Assembly: GCA_031555055.1 (NCBI GenBank)
Contig: JAVBUT010000002.1
Location: 142,418 to 206,417, forward strand
DNA length: 64,000 nt
Direction: 5' to 3'
Origin: Alphaproteobacteria bacterium
Lineage (GTDB): Bacteria > Pseudomonadota > Alphaproteobacteria > Rs-D84
Part shown: one piece after another, positions 39,351-48,214 of the stretch
How positions within the stretch are numbered: the first letter of the stretch is position 1
Layout of the letters: every line of letters begins with the position of its first letter
Position numbers and translations under genes: made by a program
Notes under the pieces: generated by a model
The model's database searches: none
What the model saw: the letters and a program-made list of their open reading frames with translations, nothing else
What the model was told of the DNA's origin: nothing

Positions 39351-41216
39351 TTATATCAGTTCGCATCCCCCGGCCGCGCATGCGGCGTCCTGGCCGAAAT
39401 TCACAAAGTTTTGTTCTTCGCGGATATTGTCCAGATTGAATTCGCGGTGTTTGCCGGCGAACTCCTTGTATACATCTTCATTTGTGTCTTCGAACGGCGC
39501 CTGTTGGTATGACGCGTCGGAATAGGGCAGCAATGAAATGCCGGTGTAATGTTCGCGGTTTTCCCACATCCATTCGCGCACTTCGTCCCATTCGTGATTC
39601 TTGACGTTGCATGTGCAAGACACGTTGTTATAGTTGTCACCACGAACATGTCCCGGCTTTACCCAGTTTTCAAACATGTATTTCACACGGTCCAGGAATT
39701 CGATCGCGGTTTCAGACCGGCGTGTCACGGCCCCTTCGGGTGCGCGCATGACCAGCGACAGTACACCATTCTTTTCCGGTTTCATAACATCGTCTTCGAT
39801 CAGGTCCGGGAAATTTTCCGACAGATATGTATAGATCGGTTCCATCTTGTTTATGCGCAGACGACGGATGTAATGCTTGGCATGCCACGGATGAACGCCG
39901 CTGGATGTGCCCAAGACCAATGCGCCCGTGCCATCCGGTTTAATATTCGTGATACGGTCCGCCGGATTGATCCCGATCAGCTTTGCGGTTTCAATGTTTG
40001 CTTTCTTTGCGATCTCGGCCGCTTTTTTAAAATCCAGTTTGGATAAATCCGGGTGTGATGCCAGACCCGTCACCGATACGCCGACCAGCGATTGTCTTTC
40101 TGCGTTTTCACGCCACTGTGGGTGGATATATTTCAGATCGGTATATGACGCCTGCAACGTGCCCAAGACAGAAGCATAATATACGCGTTCTTCCAGATCG
40201 GCCTGGTCTGCGACGTCGCCGACATTCACAGATGTCAGGTTGCAGAAAGACCGTGATGGCATAGAAATTTCCGCGCACGGATTGATCACCCATTCCGGAT
40301 TGTTTGTCCAGATAAAGCCTGGTTCGCCGGCCTCGCTCTTTTTGCAGGCCGCATACACCGCGTCGAATTCTTCCTTGGTTGTTGTCGCACGGTCGAATTG
40401 TACGGAAATGTTGGCCAGCGCGCGTTGTGGGTTTTCTTTCCACCATTCGCCTTGCTTGGCGGTCAGCATTTCGTTGTCGTCTTTGTCGAACAGACAGATC
40501 ATGGCGGACCGGCGCACACCACCGGACAGCACTGCGTCAGAGATAAAGCAACATATGTCGAAACAATCGACGGATGTTAATCTTTTTTCGCCGTCTGTGA
40601 TTTTGCGGTCCAACAATTTTTTGACACTGGTTAAGGCTTCGCGTAAAGGTTCCGGACCAGGCGCCGGTGCCATGGACGATCTGATCAGCGCACCTTTTGG
40701 TCTGATCAGCGACAGGTCAAACTCAATATCATCGCCGGTCACGAAATATGCGTCCATTAATACTTTGATACAGTCTGCCCAGCCTTCGATAGAATCTTCT
40801 GGTTGGAATGTGACGGTCTTGCCGGTTCTGGCGACCATTTCCGGCAATTTGTCGATAAATATGTGGCGAATAGAAAATCCGACGCCGCATCCGCATAATA
40901 ATAAATAGAACAGATCGGAAAAGTCGCGCAATTCGCTGATCCCGATGGCGGAACAGTTGTAAATACGATTGTGGTTTCGCAGAATGCCGTCACCACCAAA
41001 CTGCATAGAGCGGCCAGACGGGAGAATCTTGCGGTCGGCCATGAATGTGTATGTTTTTTCAATCAAATCACGGATATGCGGGAATCTGGAAATATGCATA
41101 TTCTTGTTCCGCATCACTGTTTCGTCCCAAGTTTCGCGGCGTTTTAAATCCGGCATATACTTGGAATATTTCATATAATATGTCAAATCAGATAAAAGTT
41201 TCAGTGATTCGTTCAT
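39351..41216 (-). CDS. nrdJ: Class II adenosylcobalamin-dependent ribonucleotide reductase (monomeric RTPR-like)
   Basis: RRETW.E, LPSGR, YNCS, GCGVGFS, DSIEGWAD, GGVRRSA, NPCAEI, FCNL, IKPDG, SSGVHP, YQQAPFE, C-terminal CAAGGC; next to pduO. Confidence 0.92.
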   Translation of the reverse strand: MNESLKLLSDLTYYMKYSKYMPDLKRRETWDETVMRNKNMHISRFPHIRDLIEKTYTFMADRKILPSGRSMQFGGDGILRNHNRIYNCSAIGISELRDFSDLFYLLLCGCGVGFSIRHIFIDKLPEMVARTGKTVTFQPEDSIEGWADCIKVLMDAYFVTGDDIEFDLSLIRPKGALIRSSMAPAPGPEPLREALTSVKKLLDRKITDGEKRLTSVDCFDICCFISDAVLSGGVRRSAMICLFDKDDNEMLTAKQGEWWKENPQRALANISVQFDRATTTKEEFDAVYAACKKSEAGEPGFIWTNNPEWVINPCAEISMPSRSFCNLTSVNVGDVADQADLEERVYYASVLGTLQASYTDLKYIHPQWRENAERQSLVGVSVTGLASHPDLSKLDFKKAAEIAKKANIETAKLIGINPADRITNIKPDGTGALVLGTSSGVHPWHAKHYIRRLRINKMEPIYTYLSENFPDLIEDDVMKPEKNGVLSLVMRAPEGAVTRRSETAIEFLDRVKYMFENWVKPGHVRGDNYNNVSCTCNVKNHEWDEVREWMWENREHYTGISLLPYSDASYQQAPFEDTNEDVYKEFAGKHREFNLDNIREEQNFVNFGQDAACAAGGCELI

Positions 41217-41298
41217 GATGTGGGCGCCCTTTGGATATAACCTGTGGTTTAAAGTGTTGTTTTTCCTGTTTTTTTGCGCCCCCTCTCCGAACACGTCA

Positions 41299-41347
41299 AA
41301 TCAACAGATAGTGGTCTTTTTTACCGTTATGACACAATATATAGTAT
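41299..41347. promoter_or_regulatory. Tandem NrdR boxes upstream of nrdJ
   Basis: acacaatatatagtat (41332-41347) and reverse complement ccactatctgttgatt (41299-41314) fit consensus acaCwAtATaTwGtg; 33 bp apart. Confidence 0.85.
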
Positions 41348-41639
41348 TTTGACCATATAAGGTAAAAAAAATTATATTAAAATTAATTATTTCTGCTTGA
41401 CTTAAAAATAGGGCCGTTTTCCGGGTATTTGACCGGGGTGCGAATCAATGAAATTTTGCACAAAAAACCGCTTTGTATTAATAATTTTAGGAATCGAATC
41501 GTTAAAAGACATATTTTGTTGCGAATATGATCCCAAATATAGTGTTCTTTGATTCGAAAAGCTTGATAAAAATATGCTTTTATATACATATTGATTGTGT
41601 TATGCTGGCGCGATCAAATAAGAAAACAAGGAACATATT

Positions 41640-42542
41640 ATGTACGACATTATTATACTGGGTTCGGGACCCGCAGGATTAACGGCCGCACTGTACGGCG
41701 CGCGTGCCGGAAAAAAGACTCTGGTTTTGGGTGGTGACAAATTGGGTGGCCAGACGGCTGGGATCGCGGTGCTGGAAAATTATCCGGGATTTAACGGAAC
41801 AGGTCAGGCGCTGTCCGAATTTATGAAAGCCCAGGCCGAATCCTTTGGCGCGGAAATAGTGTTCGAACTGGTCAAATCCGTATCCGGCAATCATGATGAC
41901 GGCTTTATTGTGACAAACACCGCCGGCAAGGAATACAAATCCAAAACGGTTATCATTGCAACCGGGGCGTCCCCACGCAAACTGGAAGTCGCCGGTGCGC
42001 GCGAACTGTTCGGCAAAGGCGTTTCATACTGTGCGACATGCGACGGATTCTTTTATAATGAAAAAACAGTATTGGTCATCGGCGGCGGAAATTCCGCGCT
42101 GAACGACGCGCTGTATCTGGCGGACATCGCAGAAACCGTAAAAATCATTTACCGCAAGCCGGCATTCACCAGGGCAGAGCAGGTTCTGATTGACCGTGTA
42201 TCCGCGCGTGAGAATATCGAATGCCTGTTCAATACGGATTTGAAAGCATTGGCGCTGAAACCAGACAGCGAAGAAAACGAACTGGTCGCGACAACATTGG
42301 ACGATAAGGAAATTGTTTGTCATGGCGTGTTTGTTGCGATCGGGCATGAAGCGAACACAGATTATTTGTCCGAAGATATCAAGCGCGACAGCATGGGTCG
42401 TTTGATCCCAAGCGCGTTGCCGCACGGTATGTTTGTCGCAGGCGACGTTCATTCTGACATCAAGATGCAGATTGCAACCGCAGTCGGCACCGGGTGCAGT
42501 GCAGCCATGGACGCGATTGCGCACATCAACACGCATAATTAA
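41640..42542 (+). CDS. trxB: Thioredoxin reductase
   Basis: GSGPAGLTAA, ENYPG, IIATG, GVSYCATCDG, GGGNSA, AGDV, AVGTG. Confidence 0.93.
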   Translation: MYDIIILGSGPAGLTAALYGARAGKKTLVLGGDKLGGQTAGIAVLENYPGFNGTGQALSEFMKAQAESFGAEIVFELVKSVSGNHDDGFIVTNTAGKEYKSKTVIIATGASPRKLEVAGARELFGKGVSYCATCDGFFYNEKTVLVIGGGNSALNDALYLADIAETVKIIYRKPAFTRAEQVLIDRVSARENIECLFNTDLKALALKPDSEENELVATTLDDKEIVCHGVFVAIGHEANTDYLSEDIKRDSMGRLIPSALPHGMFVAGDVHSDIKMQIATAVGTGCSAAMDAIAHINTHN

Positions 42543-42593
42543 TAGTCAATAGTCGTTAGTATATAGTAGGGGCGCAGTCCGAAACGCGCCCTT
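42541..42593. repeat. TAGTC heptamers leading into a GTAG-type REP
   Basis: aatagtc aatagtc gttagta tatagtaggggcgcagtccgaaacgcgccct; REP nearly identical (inverted) to 59276-59305. Confidence 0.75.
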
Positions 42594-42610
42594 TATTTAT
42601 TACGTTTAAT

Positions 42611-42775
42611 TTGATCTTGCGGTTCCCCTCCTGTGGAGGGGTGGTGGAGCTGTTATCGCGAGCCGGGGTGGTCTTATAAATTTAAAATCCGGGAAAGACC
42701 ACCCCGTCTTTTTTACTCACGATACCAGTTCCGTAAAAAATCCACCCCTCCACAGGAGGGGAACCGCAAGATCAA
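42611..42775. mobile_element. Non-coding MITE/REP-like element with perfect 34-bp terminal inverted repeats
   Basis: ttgatcttgcggttcccctcctgtggaggggtgg (42611-42644) and exact reverse complement (42742-42775); inner cggggtggtctt/aagaccaccccg. Confidence 0.8.
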
Positions 42776-42803
42776 GCGCTCGGCATAAAAAAATGAATAT
42801 GCG

Positions 42804-43307
42804 CTATTTTTTATAGTATTCTTTCAGTACCGAATATGCGGCGGTGATTTTTGCGAATTCGTCGTGCGATGTTTTTTTATTCTTGGCCGTGTCCGGATGG
42901 TGCTGTTTTGCCAATGCGCGGTACGCGACACCAATTTCGCGCCATGTGGCGGAAATACTGAGCCCCAAGGTTTTCAATGCGCCGACAACGCGTGATGGTG
43001 CGGCCGGTTTTGCACTGGCAGTTTGATCGAATTTTGAACGTCCTGTTATGAAATCATTGATGAAATTTACATAGTCCGCATTATCCGACGCGGCTTGCTT
43101 TTTATCTTTCATGGATGTGCCGAACACGCCGCGTTCCCAGTCGGCTTCGATTTCATCTGGCGTCATATCGGCATAAAAATTCCAGTTTTTATTATACTCG
43201 GCCGCGTGTTCCGGACAGAAATACCAATATTCGCACAAATCGCGCGATTTCGGCGCACGGCATGTTCCGGCTTTGGTACAATTTTTGTGGTCGCATTTTT
43301 TGATCAT
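42804..43307 (-). CDS. C-terminal J-domain protein with N-terminal Cys cluster
   Basis: CDHKNC...RAPKSR....YWYFCPEHAAEYNKNWNFY; HPD motif; typical alphaproteobacterial family. Confidence 0.9.
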   Translation of the reverse strand: MIKKCDHKNCTKAGTCRAPKSRDLCEYWYFCPEHAAEYNKNWNFYADMTPDEIEADWERGVFGTSMKDKKQAASDNADYVNFINDFITGRSKFDQTASAKPAAPSRVVGALKTLGLSISATWREIGVAYRALAKQHHPDTAKNKKTSHDEFAKITAAYSVLKEYYKK

Positions 43308-44191
43308 GATTTTGCCAGCGGATGATATTGTTCGACCGTGTCACGCAGCTTGTCTGGCAGGACATGGGTATAGATTTGTGTTGTCGATATGTCTTCGTGC
43401 CCCAGCATGGTCTGGATCGCGCGCAGATTCGCACCGCCCGCCAACAGATGTGATGCAAACGAATGGCGCAGTACGTGCGGACTGACGCGATTTGGTTCAA
43501 TCCCGGCCAGCACAGCGCACTTTTTCAGTATCTTGAAAAATCCGTCGCGGGTGATGTGTTTTGTTTTTCCAGTTCCAGGAAAAACAAAACCGTGATTCGT
43601 GATTCGTGATTCGTGATTCGGTTTATGTTTTTCGTTTTCTGGTTCCCGGATTTCCAACCATTTATTCAATGCATCTATCGCGCCGGCGTGCATCGGAACC
43701 ATGCGTTCTTTCGCGCCTTTGCCATGGATCAATAATTTATCGCCAAGTATCGCGGTCATCGGCAATTCGCACAGTTCCGATACGCGCAATCCGGATGCAT
43801 ACAACAGTTCGATCATGGCGCGCAGGCGCACGGATGTCCTGATGTCGCCGGCGGACGAGATCAGCAGTTCGATTTCATCGGCGCTTAGGAATTTCGGCAG
43901 TGTCTTTTGACGCTTTGGCAGTTCCAGCGTCGCCGCCGGATTTACGCGAATGATTTTTTCCAGCATTAGAAATTTATAAAACCCGCGCAGGGCGCTGGCC
44001 TTGCGGGCAATGCTGGACGCCTTGTCCGGCAGGTTTGATAAGTATTTTTGAACATCCGCTGCCGATGCCGACACCAGGTCGCCCAGCGAGTCCGCCGCAT
44101 GCGCCAGATCGCTGCCGTAACTTTCCAGTGTTGTTCGCGACCGGCCTTTTTCGGCGGATAATGCTTCTAAAAATATTTCGATATAGTTCAT
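43304..44191 (-). CDS. xerD: Tyrosine recombinase XerD
   Basis: AEKG.S..T..SY, LPKFLS, LLYASGLRVSEL, GKGAKERMVP, VSPHVLRHSFASHLL..GANLRAIQTMLGHEDISTTQIYTHV. Confidence 0.92.
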   Translation of the reverse strand: MNYIEIFLEALSAEKGRSRTTLESYGSDLAHAADSLGDLVSASAADVQKYLSNLPDKASSIARKASALRGFYKFLMLEKIIRVNPAATLELPKRQKTLPKFLSADEIELLISSAGDIRTSVRLRAMIELLYASGLRVSELCELPMTAILGDKLLIHGKGAKERMVPMHAGAIDALNKWLEIREPENEKHKPNHESRITNHGFVFPGTGKTKHITRDGFFKILKKCAVLAGIEPNRVSPHVLRHSFASHLLAGGANLRAIQTMLGHEDISTTQIYTHVLPDKLRDTVEQYHPLAKS

Positions 44192-44199
44192 TTAACAGA

Positions 44200-44328
44200 T
44201 TAACCCAGTACGACTTCGGTCATATGCTGGACCGGGGGAAACGATATGATCATCAGAACGACCAGTATCGCCACAATGGCCCATATGATTATTTGATTGC
44301 GTGCGGTGTGTTTTTTTCTTATTGGCAT
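44200..44328 (-). CDS. 42-aa single-TM small protein not in the ORF track
   Basis: Own translation MPIRKKHTARNQIIIWAIVAILVVLMIISFPPVQHMTEVVLG*; SD AAAGGA 6 nt before ATG; fills lptG-xerD gap. Confidence 0.7.
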   Translation of the reverse strand: MPIRKKHTARNQIIIWAIVAILVVLMIISFPPVQHMTEVVLG

Positions 44329-44362
44329 ACTAAATCCTTTTTATGCGTACAGCGTCCGATCC

Positions 44363-45412
44363 CTAGACAGTATCAAAGCTTGATATGAACACGCCGCTGG
44401 CGGCGATGATGATCAGTGGCGGCGCGATGATCGCCAACAGCGCCGGCAAGGCGCCGGTTGCCCCGAACGCGTTGAATATGTTTATTAAAAAATATAACGC
44501 AAAGCACGTGATGATTCCGGTGCCGAACTTTATCCCGAAACTATAGTTTCTGCGCTGGCGCGTTTGGGAAAACGCCACCCCCAGCACGGTCATCGCAATC
44601 ATGGTCAGCGGCATGAACAACAGTGTCCAAAACTGGACCATGTGTCCGCGTACCGGTACGCCGATCCGTTCCATTTTTTTGATAAACGACGGCAGCTCAT
44701 AGAACGATATTTGCGCCGGCTGCAGATATCTGTCCAGCACGGTTTTCGGATTCAGCAGGGTATCCGCGTGCCATGCGGCTGTTTTTCCAGACCCGTCGGG
44801 CGACCATATTTTCGCGCGCGTCGCGCCAAGGCCATTGTCGGACAGTTTAACCTCTGGCGCTTCTATGCGTGCGGCCAGCCTAAAGTCTGGATTCTGTTTG
44901 AATATGGTTGTGTTTTGGAAATAAAGTGCATCATCTTCTACACGGACATTTTCCGCGCGCAATGTTATTATGCCGGTCGCGGAACTCTCGCGCAGCCATA
45001 TGATGTCATCCACCAGCGTCAGCTTGTCCGCGGTTATGTTTTTTGATGACAAATTGACGGAATACGGATTTACAACCGCGGTTGCAATGATGCCGATCAG
45101 CGCCGCGCCGATCAGAAAAGGGCGGGCCGATTGATACGGTGACATACCTGCGCTGGATACGATTACACTCTCGGTTGATTTGGTCAGATTATACGACGCC
45201 AGCAAGGTTCCCATAAACACGGCCAGTGGCAAGAACAGCGGCATATATTCCAACAGGCGCACCCACGCGTCAGTGATCGCCATTCCGACCGTCGGGTTCG
45301 ACGGCAGACGTTCAACAAACGTGATTGCGAAAATTATGCCGCAAACGACCAGCATTACAGTGCCAAAGCCCTTGAAAAAGCGGCCCATTAAAAATTTTGT
45401 AAGAATTCGCAT
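44363..45412 (-). CDS. lptG: LPS export ABC transporter permease LptF/LptG family
   Basis: LPLAVF.G.L......K..E.VI..SAGMS, IWLRE, 3+3 TM layout. Confidence 0.85.
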   Translation of the reverse strand: MRILTKFLMGRFFKGFGTVMLVVCGIIFAITFVERLPSNPTVGMAITDAWVRLLEYMPLFLPLAVFMGTLLASYNLTKSTESVIVSSAGMSPYQSARPFLIGAALIGIIATAVVNPYSVNLSSKNITADKLTLVDDIIWLRESSATGIITLRAENVRVEDDALYFQNTTIFKQNPDFRLAARIEAPEVKLSDNGLGATRAKIWSPDGSGKTAAWHADTLLNPKTVLDRYLQPAQISFYELPSFIKKMERIGVPVRGHMVQFWTLLFMPLTMIAMTVLGVAFSQTRQRRNYSFGIKFGTGIITCFALYFLINIFNAFGATGALPALLAIIAPPLIIIAASGVFISSFDTV

Positions 45413-45472
45413 ATTTCACACCCGCGGCGGGTGTCCCTTGTTACGTTCCCGCGGCGGCGGGAATCCCTTGTA
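45413..45472 (-). promoter_or_regulatory. Two tandem CAAGGGA + hairpin leader motifs (lptG)
   Basis: Minus strand TACAAGGGA-TTCCCGC CGCC GCGGGAA-CGTAA-CAAGGG-ACACCCG CCG CGGGTGT-GAAAT-ATG. Confidence 0.7.
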
Positions 45473-45527
45473 TATTTACATTTCGCGTATTATAATCTTT
45501 AAAAGACAAAATGTAAAATATTAATAA

Positions 45528-45563
45528 TACAAGGGACATCCGCCGTCGCGGATGTGAAATGAT
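45528..45563 (+). promoter_or_regulatory. CAAGGGA + hairpin leader motif (greA)
   Basis: TACAAGGG-ACATCCGC CGTC GCGGATGT-GAAATGAT-ATG. Confidence 0.7.
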
Positions 45564-46034
45564 ATGGATAAAAGACCGATTTCACGGGCGGGGTTCGACG
45601 CGCTGGTGGCAGAGCTGAAACATCTGCAAGAAGTCGAAAGACCGGAAATTTTAAACGTCGTCCAATGGGCGCGGTCGCTGGGCGACCTGTCTGAAAATGC
45701 GGATTACAGCGCGGCCAAGGAAAAACAGCGCATAATCGACAAACGCATCCGCGTGATCGAAGACATTGTGGCGAATGCTGCGATTATCGACGTGGACAGC
45801 CTGACGGGAAACCGTATCGTCTTTGGCGCACGCGTTATCGCCGAAGACCAGGACGGAAACAAAATGCAGTGCCGAATTTTGTCCGACGTCGAATCGGATG
45901 GGAAACAAGTGATTTCATGTACATCGCCGGTGGGACGGGCGCTGATCGGGAAATGCGTCGGGGACACCTGTATCGTAAAACTGCCGTCGGGTGAAAAAGA
46001 ATACGAAATACTGGAAGTAAAGTTTAAAGAATAA
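45564..46034 (+). CDS. greA: Transcription elongation factor GreA/GreB
   Basis: ERP....V.WARSLGDLSENADYSAAKE, VFGA.V, IS..SPVGRALIGK. Confidence 0.9.
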   Translation: MDKRPISRAGFDALVAELKHLQEVERPEILNVVQWARSLGDLSENADYSAAKEKQRIIDKRIRVIEDIVANAAIIDVDSLTGNRIVFGARVIAEDQDGNKMQCRILSDVESDGKQVISCTSPVGRALIGKCVGDTCIVKLPSGEKEYEILEVKFKE

Positions 46035-47749
46035 TGGCCATACGCGAACTGCCTGATTTTCTTGTAAATCAAATCGCTGCCGGCGAGGTTGTCGAACGTC
46101 CCGCGTCTGTTGTCAAAGAACTGGTCGAAAACGCGCTGGATGCGGGTGCGGACCAAATACTGGTTGACGTCGCCGACGGCGGACGCACAATGATCAGCGT
46201 GATTGACAACGGTTGCGGAATGGACAGGGACGATCTGGTCAAGTCAATTACGCGCCATGCGACATCAAAATTGCCCGGTGACGATCTGCTGGATATAAAC
46301 TTTATGGGTTTTAGGGGCGAAGCCTTGCCGTCGATCGCGTCGGTATCAGACATGACGATTGATACCAGAAAGGAATCAGGTTGGTGTCTGAACTGTACGA
46401 CCCGGGAAGTCAAACCGTCCCCGTGGGAATCCGGCACACGGATACGTGTTGCTAATCTGTTCGCGAATACGCCGGCACGGTTAAAGTTTTTACGCGGCGA
46501 CCGGGCAGAAATGATGTCCGTTGTCGAAGTGATCAAACGCCTTGCCATGGCGCGCCCGGATGTCGGATTTACATTAAATAACCGCTGGCGATTTCCCCGG
46601 GGCCAGACATTGTCTGAACGCATAATATCGGTCATGGGGGATGATGTGCGCGACCGTATGCTGGAAATTAATGAGATTGCAAACTCCACCGGCGAATTGT
46701 CACTGCGCGGATTTATATCGGAACCGACATTGCGTCGCGCGTCCGGAATAGACCAGTATCTGTTCGTCAATGGCCGTCCGGTAAAAGACAAGGTGCTGGT
46801 CGGGGCACTGCGCGCCGCATACATGGACGTTATGTCGTCGCGCGAATTTCCGATTGCGGCGCTGTATCTGGAACTGGACCCGCGGTCGGTCGACGTAAAC
46901 GTGTCGCCCGCCAAGACCGAGGTTCATTTTCTGGAACCCGGCCGGGTTCGCGGATTTATAATCCGGACACTGCGCGACGCGCTGGGGCGCACGATGATAG
47001 ATAACGTCGTCGACAATATTTCGACCGGCGAAGTTGCGTCACAACCGAATCAGACTTCGTTCATCATGGAATGGCGCGACAATGTAAAATCCGTGCACAG
47101 CGAAGATAGAAAAATTGTATTTGAAAACGAAAGTAAAATTCCTTGCGATCCAGTAAATCATGCACATACATCGATTTTGGATGCGCGGCCGCTGGGGCGT
47201 GTAATCGGTCAGATTGGCAACAAGTACATCATCGCTGAAAACGAATCCGGTCTGGTTATAATAGATCAGCACGCCGCGCATGAACGTATAACGTATGAGC
47301 GCTTGCGTAATCACGAGATCAAGGTTCAACCACTGTTGAGCCCGATTGTAATAAATCTGAAGCCAGAAGAAGTAAATGCGGTTTTAGAAGTATCGGACGA
47401 GATGAGAAAATGCGGCCTTAGCCTGGATCAATTCGGCGACGATGCGATTGCCATTTTTGAAAAACCGGCCGATTGGGACATGGATTGGGAGAAATTATTG
47501 CATGACGTTGCGGACGAAGTTATGGCGAACGGCCATTCGTCGGCGCTGCATGAAAAGCTGCACCTGAAATTGGCGAACTATGCTTGTCACCATTCGGTAC
47601 GGGCGGGCCAGAAACTGGATTTTTCGCAAATGGACGCATTATTGCGCGATATTGAAAAGACCGAGCGCGCCAGTCAATGCAATCACGGTCGCCCGGTCTA
47701 TAAGATGATTAAAATTGACGCCCTGGACGCGTTGTTTGAACGGGTTTGA
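46034..47749 (+). CDS. mutL: DNA mismatch repair endonuclease MutL
   Basis: NQIAAGEVVERPASVVKELVENALDAGA, HATSK, GFRGEAL, DQHAAHERI.YE, ACH, CNHGRP. Confidence 0.97.
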   Translation: MAIRELPDFLVNQIAAGEVVERPASVVKELVENALDAGADQILVDVADGGRTMISVIDNGCGMDRDDLVKSITRHATSKLPGDDLLDINFMGFRGEALPSIASVSDMTIDTRKESGWCLNCTTREVKPSPWESGTRIRVANLFANTPARLKFLRGDRAEMMSVVEVIKRLAMARPDVGFTLNNRWRFPRGQTLSERIISVMGDDVRDRMLEINEIANSTGELSLRGFISEPTLRRASGIDQYLFVNGRPVKDKVLVGALRAAYMDVMSSREFPIAALYLELDPRSVDVNVSPAKTEVHFLEPGRVRGFIIRTLRDALGRTMIDNVVDNISTGEVASQPNQTSFIMEWRDNVKSVHSEDRKIVFENESKIPCDPVNHAHTSILDARPLGRVIGQIGNKYIIAENESGLVIIDQHAAHERITYERLRNHEIKVQPLLSPIVINLKPEEVNAVLEVSDEMRKCGLSLDQFGDDAIAIFEKPADWDMDWEKLLHDVADEVMANGHSSALHEKLHLKLANYACHHSVRAGQKLDFSQMDALLRDIEKTERASQCNHGRPVYKMIKIDALDALFERV

Positions 47750-47834
47750 ACTTTCCCCTGAAAATCAACTATTTTTCTGGACTCCGTCCAGTTTTTTTAC
47801 TAGTCTGTTCACCAGAAACAAAGGAGAATCCTGT

Positions 47835-48143
47835 ATGGAAAACACAATAGTTGAAGTTGTAACGCCTGTCGCGGATGCCGCACCGAAAAACGATATATGG
47901 ACGCTGGTGATATACTGCGCCGTGGTATTGGGAATCATTTATTTCCTGATGGTCCGTCCAAATAAAAAACGTATGAACGAATATCAGAAAATGCTGGATT
48001 CGTTAAAGGTTGGAAATCGCGTCATGGCCGCCGGAATTTACGGTACAATCAAAAAAATCACGGACAAATCCATAGAATTGGAAATCGCCAAAGGCGTCGT
48101 TATCGAAGTAAACAAGAACGCAATCGCGGGAATAGAAGGATAA
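47835..48143 (+). CDS. yajC: Preprotein translocase subunit YajC
   Basis: SD AAGGAG; YFLMVRP.KKR, LKVG..V...GIYG.I, LEIAKGV. Confidence 0.93.
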   Translation: MENTIVEVVTPVADAAPKNDIWTLVIYCAVVLGIIYFLMVRPNKKRMNEYQKMLDSLKVGNRVMAAGIYGTIKKITDKSIELEIAKGVVIEVNKNAIAGIEG

Positions 48144-48146
48144 GAA

Positions 48147-48205
48147 CGTAATTCGTGAATCGTGATTCGTAATTCGGATCACGCGTCACGAATCACGAGT
48201 CACGG
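48147..48205. repeat. (CGTGATT)n / (AATCACG)n inverted heptamer array between yajC and secD
   Basis: cgtaatt cgtgaat cgtgatt cgtaatt cg gatcacg cgtcacg aatcacg agtcacg. Confidence 0.85.
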
Positions 48206-48214
48206 AGTTTATAA

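Noticed and set aside
41400-41450. Cobalamin riboswitch near nrdJ (aataggg...ggtgcgaatc)
   Set aside because: On the wrong strand for nrdJ and lacks GGGAA and the GCCACTG B12-box; a covariance-model search would settle it
41350-41639. Replication origin in the AT-rich nrdJ-trxB spacer
   Set aside because: A few GANTC sites but no clear DnaA boxes; explained as a divergent promoter region
43304-44191. Tyrosine recombinase as a phage or island integrase
   Set aside because: Length and motifs match chromosomal XerD; flanked by housekeeping genes with no att sites seen
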